Origin: Bacteroides sp. SM23_62_1
GTDB taxonomy: Bacteria > Bacteroidota > Bacteroidia > Bacteroidales > SM23-62
Assembly (NCBI GenBank): GCA_001304505.1
Contig: LJUQ01000016.1
Span: 1-63,390 of the forward strand
Reading direction: 5' to 3'
DNA length: 63,390 nucleotides
The notes below the pieces were generated by a model that worked only from the letters and a program-made list of their open reading frames with translations, was not told the DNA's origin and did no database searches. The position numbers were made by a program, and so were the translations under genes. Shown here one piece after another: positions 59,139 to 63,390 of this stretch (the stretch's first letter is position 1; the number at the start of each line of letters is the position of its first letter).

Positions 59139-60614
59139 TCATTCAGCAACTTTTACACACATTAACTGGCTTTGATCCCGGATCAGGAGCTTTCCATCGG
59201 AAAGTGCCAGGGGGCCCCAGTTTTGTGTTGGACCTCCGACTCTTGAAGCCAAAGGATCATTTTCTGATCCTGTTCCTCCTTCCTTAAGCACTTCTGCTGA
59301 TGCCAGCGGTTTGAATCCGGATGGATCTGGCTCTATCATGTATAAAGTCTTGGTACCATCGGTAGCTATAATAAGCCCATCAGCGAAAATCATACTGCCT
59401 TTATTAAAATCGGGATCACGTTTAGTTTTCCACATGATCTGGCCATCCATGCTCATACACGTCAGGCCGTCACGCCGGTTATTGGTTCCGTACTGAGCAT
59501 AAAAGTAACCGTCAATTAATAGTGGTGGTTTTGTATGATCACCAAATTCTTCTGTTTTATAAAGTTCTGTAATATCATAGCTGCCATCTGCCTTTTTTTC
59601 GATTTTTATCATCACTGCACCAAGTTCATATCCGCCTACAACAAGCACTCTGTCGTCACCGGCATCAACAGCGCTCGGCACCGGGATATGACAATCCCAA
59701 TCCGAATATTCCCACAGGATTTCCCCGGTGAGCGGTTTAATTCCAGCGATTTTGCCCATGGTACGGATTTCGTCCTGAGGGGCTCCCTGTCCTTGTCCAT
59801 TCTGAGGAGGGGGTGGGGGTGGTGGTCCTCCCTCTCGCGGTGCACCCTGGGGAGGCCCTCCCGGGGGTGGTCCGCCCTGACCACGTGGGCGACCCCAACC
59901 ACCACGTTCTGAAGCGGTTACCATAACAACATGGTCCTCTCCGGCAATTTTTACGATTGCCGGGCTAACATATCCGACAGGACCAAGAGACGGTGTTTTC
60001 CATTTCACATCACCAGTAAGTTTGTCATAAGCAACCACACCGGCTTGTGGGGCCTGTGAAGCCACAATAAGTAAATCACCGTAAACAAGGGGACATTGAG
60101 TAATTGCCCATGTGGGAAGTTGATCGCCACCGAAATCAATCCAGATGTTTTTATTCCAGACGGGATTGTGTGTGTTGATGTCTATGCAATACAGGTCTCC
60201 GTTATGACCACAGGAATAGACATAATTGCCATCCACCGTTGGCACACTCCGTGAGCCGGGAAACATAACGGTTCCAGAAGCTTCATAGCTGAAATTCCAG
60301 AGTTCTTTACCATTGAAAAGGTCAAAACACCGCATCATATCGCCAACCTCATTATCTCTGTCGAGTAAATAAACCTTACCGTCTTTGATAACAGGTCCGC
60401 CAAAACCGATACCCACGTCAACAGTCCACAGGACTTCCGGTCCCTTCTCCGGCCAGGAGCGCAAAATACCTTTTTGATCTGATGTACCATTCCTGTTGGG
60501 TCCCAGATACTGGGGCCAGTCCTGCGTTTTTTGCGTGTCTTGTGTGCAGCTATTTACTATGCTAAGCAAAAGGACAAACACCGGAATATACATCTTAAAC
60601 TGTTTCATTTTCAT
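59139..60614 (-). CDS. PQQ-like beta-propeller paralog P4 with lipobox-like signal and a Pro/Gly-rich insertion
   Basis: The signal is MKMKQFKMYIPVFVLLLSIVNSC. The insertion ERGGWGRPRGQGGPPPGGPPQGAPREGGPPPPPPPQNGQGQGAPQDEIRTM is absent from P2, P3 and P5. Confidence 0.8.
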   Translation of the reverse strand: MKMKQFKMYIPVFVLLLSIVNSCTQDTQKTQDWPQYLGPNRNGTSDQKGILRSWPEKGPEVLWTVDVGIGFGGPVIKDGKVYLLDRDNEVGDMMRCFDLFNGKELWNFSYEASGTVMFPGSRSVPTVDGNYVYSCGHNGDLYCIDINTHNPVWNKNIWIDFGGDQLPTWAITQCPLVYGDLLIVASQAPQAGVVAYDKLTGDVKWKTPSLGPVGYVSPAIVKIAGEDHVVMVTASERGGWGRPRGQGGPPPGGPPQGAPREGGPPPPPPPQNGQGQGAPQDEIRTMGKIAGIKPLTGEILWEYSDWDCHIPVPSAVDAGDDRVLVVGGYELGAVMIKIEKKADGSYDITELYKTEEFGDHTKPPLLIDGYFYAQYGTNNRRDGLTCMSMDGQIMWKTKRDPDFNKGSMIFADGLIIATDGTKTLYMIEPDPSGFKPLASAEVLKEGGTGSENDPLASRVGGPTQNWGPLALSDGKLLIRDQSQLMCVKVAE

Positions 60615-60699
60615 AACTTCTTAATTTTGATTAGTGCATCAATATTCAATAGAACGAGTTGTGTTATTAAATCCAGGTTATTGATTTTTAAATTAATGC

Positions 60700-60750
60700 A
60701 GAGACTTGCCACGGCATGTCTCTATACAAAAATGTCTATCATTTAATTAC
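60700..60750 (-). promoter_or_regulatory. related intergenic element upstream of P4: hairpin AGAGACTTGCC/GGCATGTCTCT plus degenerate box
   Basis: 60700-60710 pairs with 60713-60723 with one mismatch. The following ATACAAAAATGTCTATCATTTAATTAC parallels the box in the other two copies. Confidence 0.4.
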
Positions 60751-60890
60751 CTGGTTATTCCAAAAGCACAAAGGGTTCAATATAAATTTGTATTATAGAC
60801 ATTTCATGTCCAATTTCAGACCAAAATAACAAATTGCTAACAATATAAATTACCGTTTCGTGCAAACAGCCACTTTTATTGTTGATGTAA

Positions 60891-62246
60891 TCACTCAGCA
60901 ATTCTGACACACTTTAACCGGGTTTGATCTCTTATAAGTAGTTTCCCATCAGCAAGCGCTAAAGGTGCCCAATTTTGGGTTGCACCTCCAACTCTTGAAG
61001 CTACAGGATCATTTTCTGATCCTGTTCCTCCTTCTCCAAGCACTTCTGCCGATACCAGTGGCTTGAATCCGGACGGGTCCGGCTCTATCAGATATAGAGT
61101 TCTGGCACCGTCGGTAGCTAAAATCAGTCCGTCGGCCAATATCATACTGCCTTTATTAAAATCGGGATCACGTTTAGTTTTCCACATAATCTGACCATCC
61201 ATGCTCATGCATGTCAGGCCGTCACGCCGGTTATTGGTTCCGTACTGAGCATAAAAGTAACCATCGATTAATAGTGGTGGCTTTGTATGATCGCCAAATT
61301 CTATGGTTTTAAAAAGTTCTGTTGTACCATAACTGCCATCTGCCTGTTTTTCGACCTTTATCATAACCGCACCGTGTTCATATCCACCTACAACAAGCAC
61401 TTTATTGTCACCGGCATCAACTGCACTGGGCACCGATATATGACATATCCACTCCTTGTATTCCCAGAGGATTTTTCCCGTAAGGGGTTCTATTCCAACA
61501 ATATTACCCGGAGTTTGTGGCAATTCCCGGTGTCCGATAGGATTGGTAGATGAAATAACCATTACAATATGGTCTTCTCCATCTATTTTTATAACAGAAG
61601 GACTGGCATATGATTCATTGACAAGATTGGGTGTTTTCCAGACAACATTCCCTGTGAGTTTATCATATGCGACCACACCGGCTTCGGGAGCCTGGGATAA
61701 TATAATTAGCAAGTCACCGTAAATAAGAGGGCACTGGGTGATTGCCCATATCGGAAGTTCATCACCACCAAAATCCGTCCAGACATTTTTATTCCAGATG
61801 GGTATGTGTGTATTGATGTCTATGCAATACAGGTCACCGTTATGGCCGCACGAATAGACATAATTGCCATCCACAGCCGGGACACTTCGTGAGCCTGGGA
61901 ACATAACGGATCCGGGAGCTTCATATGCAAAATTCCATAGCTCTTTACCACTGGAAAGGTCAAAACACCTCATGTTATCACCAACCTTGTCATCCCTGTC
62001 GAGTAAATATACCTTGCCGTCTTCTACAACAGGTCCACCGAAACCGATACCTACATCAACTGTCCATAGAACTTCCGGACCGTTCTCAGGCCAGGAGCGT
62101 AAAAGACCCTTCTGGTCTGATGTACTGTTTCTGTTGGGCCCGAGATACTGGGGCCAGTCCTGTGCGTAAACATTCATTATGCATACTAACAAGACAACGA
62201 TCGGGATAGAAATCTTAATTTGTTTCATTTTCATTATTCCTTTCAA
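60891..62246 (-). CDS. secreted PQQ-like beta-propeller paralog P5 (first gene of the array in transcription sense)
   Basis: The mature N-terminus is QDWPQYLGPNRNSTSDQKGLLRSWPENGPEVLWTV. It shares identical nucleotide runs of 44 and 50 nt with P4. Confidence 0.8.
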   Translation of the reverse strand: MKGIMKMKQIKISIPIVVLLVCIMNVYAQDWPQYLGPNRNSTSDQKGLLRSWPENGPEVLWTVDVGIGFGGPVVEDGKVYLLDRDDKVGDNMRCFDLSSGKELWNFAYEAPGSVMFPGSRSVPAVDGNYVYSCGHNGDLYCIDINTHIPIWNKNVWTDFGGDELPIWAITQCPLIYGDLLIILSQAPEAGVVAYDKLTGNVVWKTPNLVNESYASPSVIKIDGEDHIVMVISSTNPIGHRELPQTPGNIVGIEPLTGKILWEYKEWICHISVPSAVDAGDNKVLVVGGYEHGAVMIKVEKQADGSYGTTELFKTIEFGDHTKPPLLIDGYFYAQYGTNNRRDGLTCMSMDGQIMWKTKRDPDFNKGSMILADGLILATDGARTLYLIEPDPSGFKPLVSAEVLGEGGTGSENDPVASRVGGATQNWAPLALADGKLLIRDQTRLKCVRIAE

Positions 62247-62318
62247 ATTGTTAAATAATATGAGTTCGATAAAAGTTGTTTATGAAATAATTGATTTGTA
62301 AATTGATACATGTTGTTG

Positions 62319-62550
62319 AAACAATGGAATATTGGAATACTGGAACAATGGAATACTGTAATATTGAATTCTAATAAGACTATTTATCAATAAATTTCAT
62401 TATTCCATTAATCCATTATACTATCTATCCAATATCTCATAAACTTACGATTCCTGAATTCACACATATCCCATTGCTCAAACTCACAAATTCACCAGTA
62501 AACCAATTTACCATTAACCATTAATCCATCAATCCATTTTCCCAATATTC
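62319..62550. repeat. short-unit repeats (AATGGAATA / CCATTAA type) forming imperfect inverted arms upstream of P5
   Basis: gaaacaatggaatattggaatactggaacaatggaatactg (62319-62358) faces ttccattaatccatta (62402-62417) and ccattaaccattaatccatcaatccattttcccaatattc (62511-62550). Confidence 0.55.
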
Positions 62551-62723
62551 TATTTGCTCTTATGTATAAAAATTATTCATTTTCAGCACTTTAAAGTACA
62601 TCCTTTTGTCGAACTGTCAGTGAATTAATTAATTATTACAATATTGATCAAAGAAACACTTTAAAAACAAATATATTTGACCGAAAATATTGGATAAGGT
62701 TTAATTGAGAAACAAGAAATATA

Positions 62724-63390
<667 letters not shown>

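Overview
63.4-kb window from a low-GC chromosome that looks like Bacteroidota. The basis is type IX secretion and gliding genes (gldH, porW/sprE, porX), a cargo protein with a T9SS C-terminal sorting domain, and Bacteroidota-style gene content. I saw no rRNA, tRNA, CRISPR array, transposase or integrase. From about 1 to 39 kb the content is mostly housekeeping: metG, pgk, holB, ricT/PSP1, trmB, apbC, nifU, tsaE, kbl, nrdJ, waaA and gltX. One accessory segment sits in this part (980-7351): an AraC-HTH/STAND-NTPase/TPR regulator, a flavin reductase and a Kelch/HYR T9SS cargo. From about 39 to 63 kb the content is accessory. It holds secreted hydrolases, a sulfatase, a four-helix-bundle gene inside an IVS-like inverted-repeat cassette, and a tandem array of five secreted PQQ-like beta-propeller genes. 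That array is the most unusual feature. Four of its copies are close paralogs whose length differences sit in three loops. One copy carries a roughly 50-residue Pro/Gly-rich insertion. Three of the copies each sit just downstream of a copy of a conserved intergenic element with a covarying hairpin. Several genes are interrupted: porW/sprE (one frameshift and one in-frame TAA), tdh (an internal deletion of roughly 100 nt) and a GT1/GT28 glycosyltransferase (1-nt shift at a homopolymer). There are also two gene fossils, a yjbR 5-prime fragment and half of a T9SS sorting domain. Several families of palindromic intergenic repeats are present. All calls come from reading the ORF translations and the DNA by eye; no database search was run.
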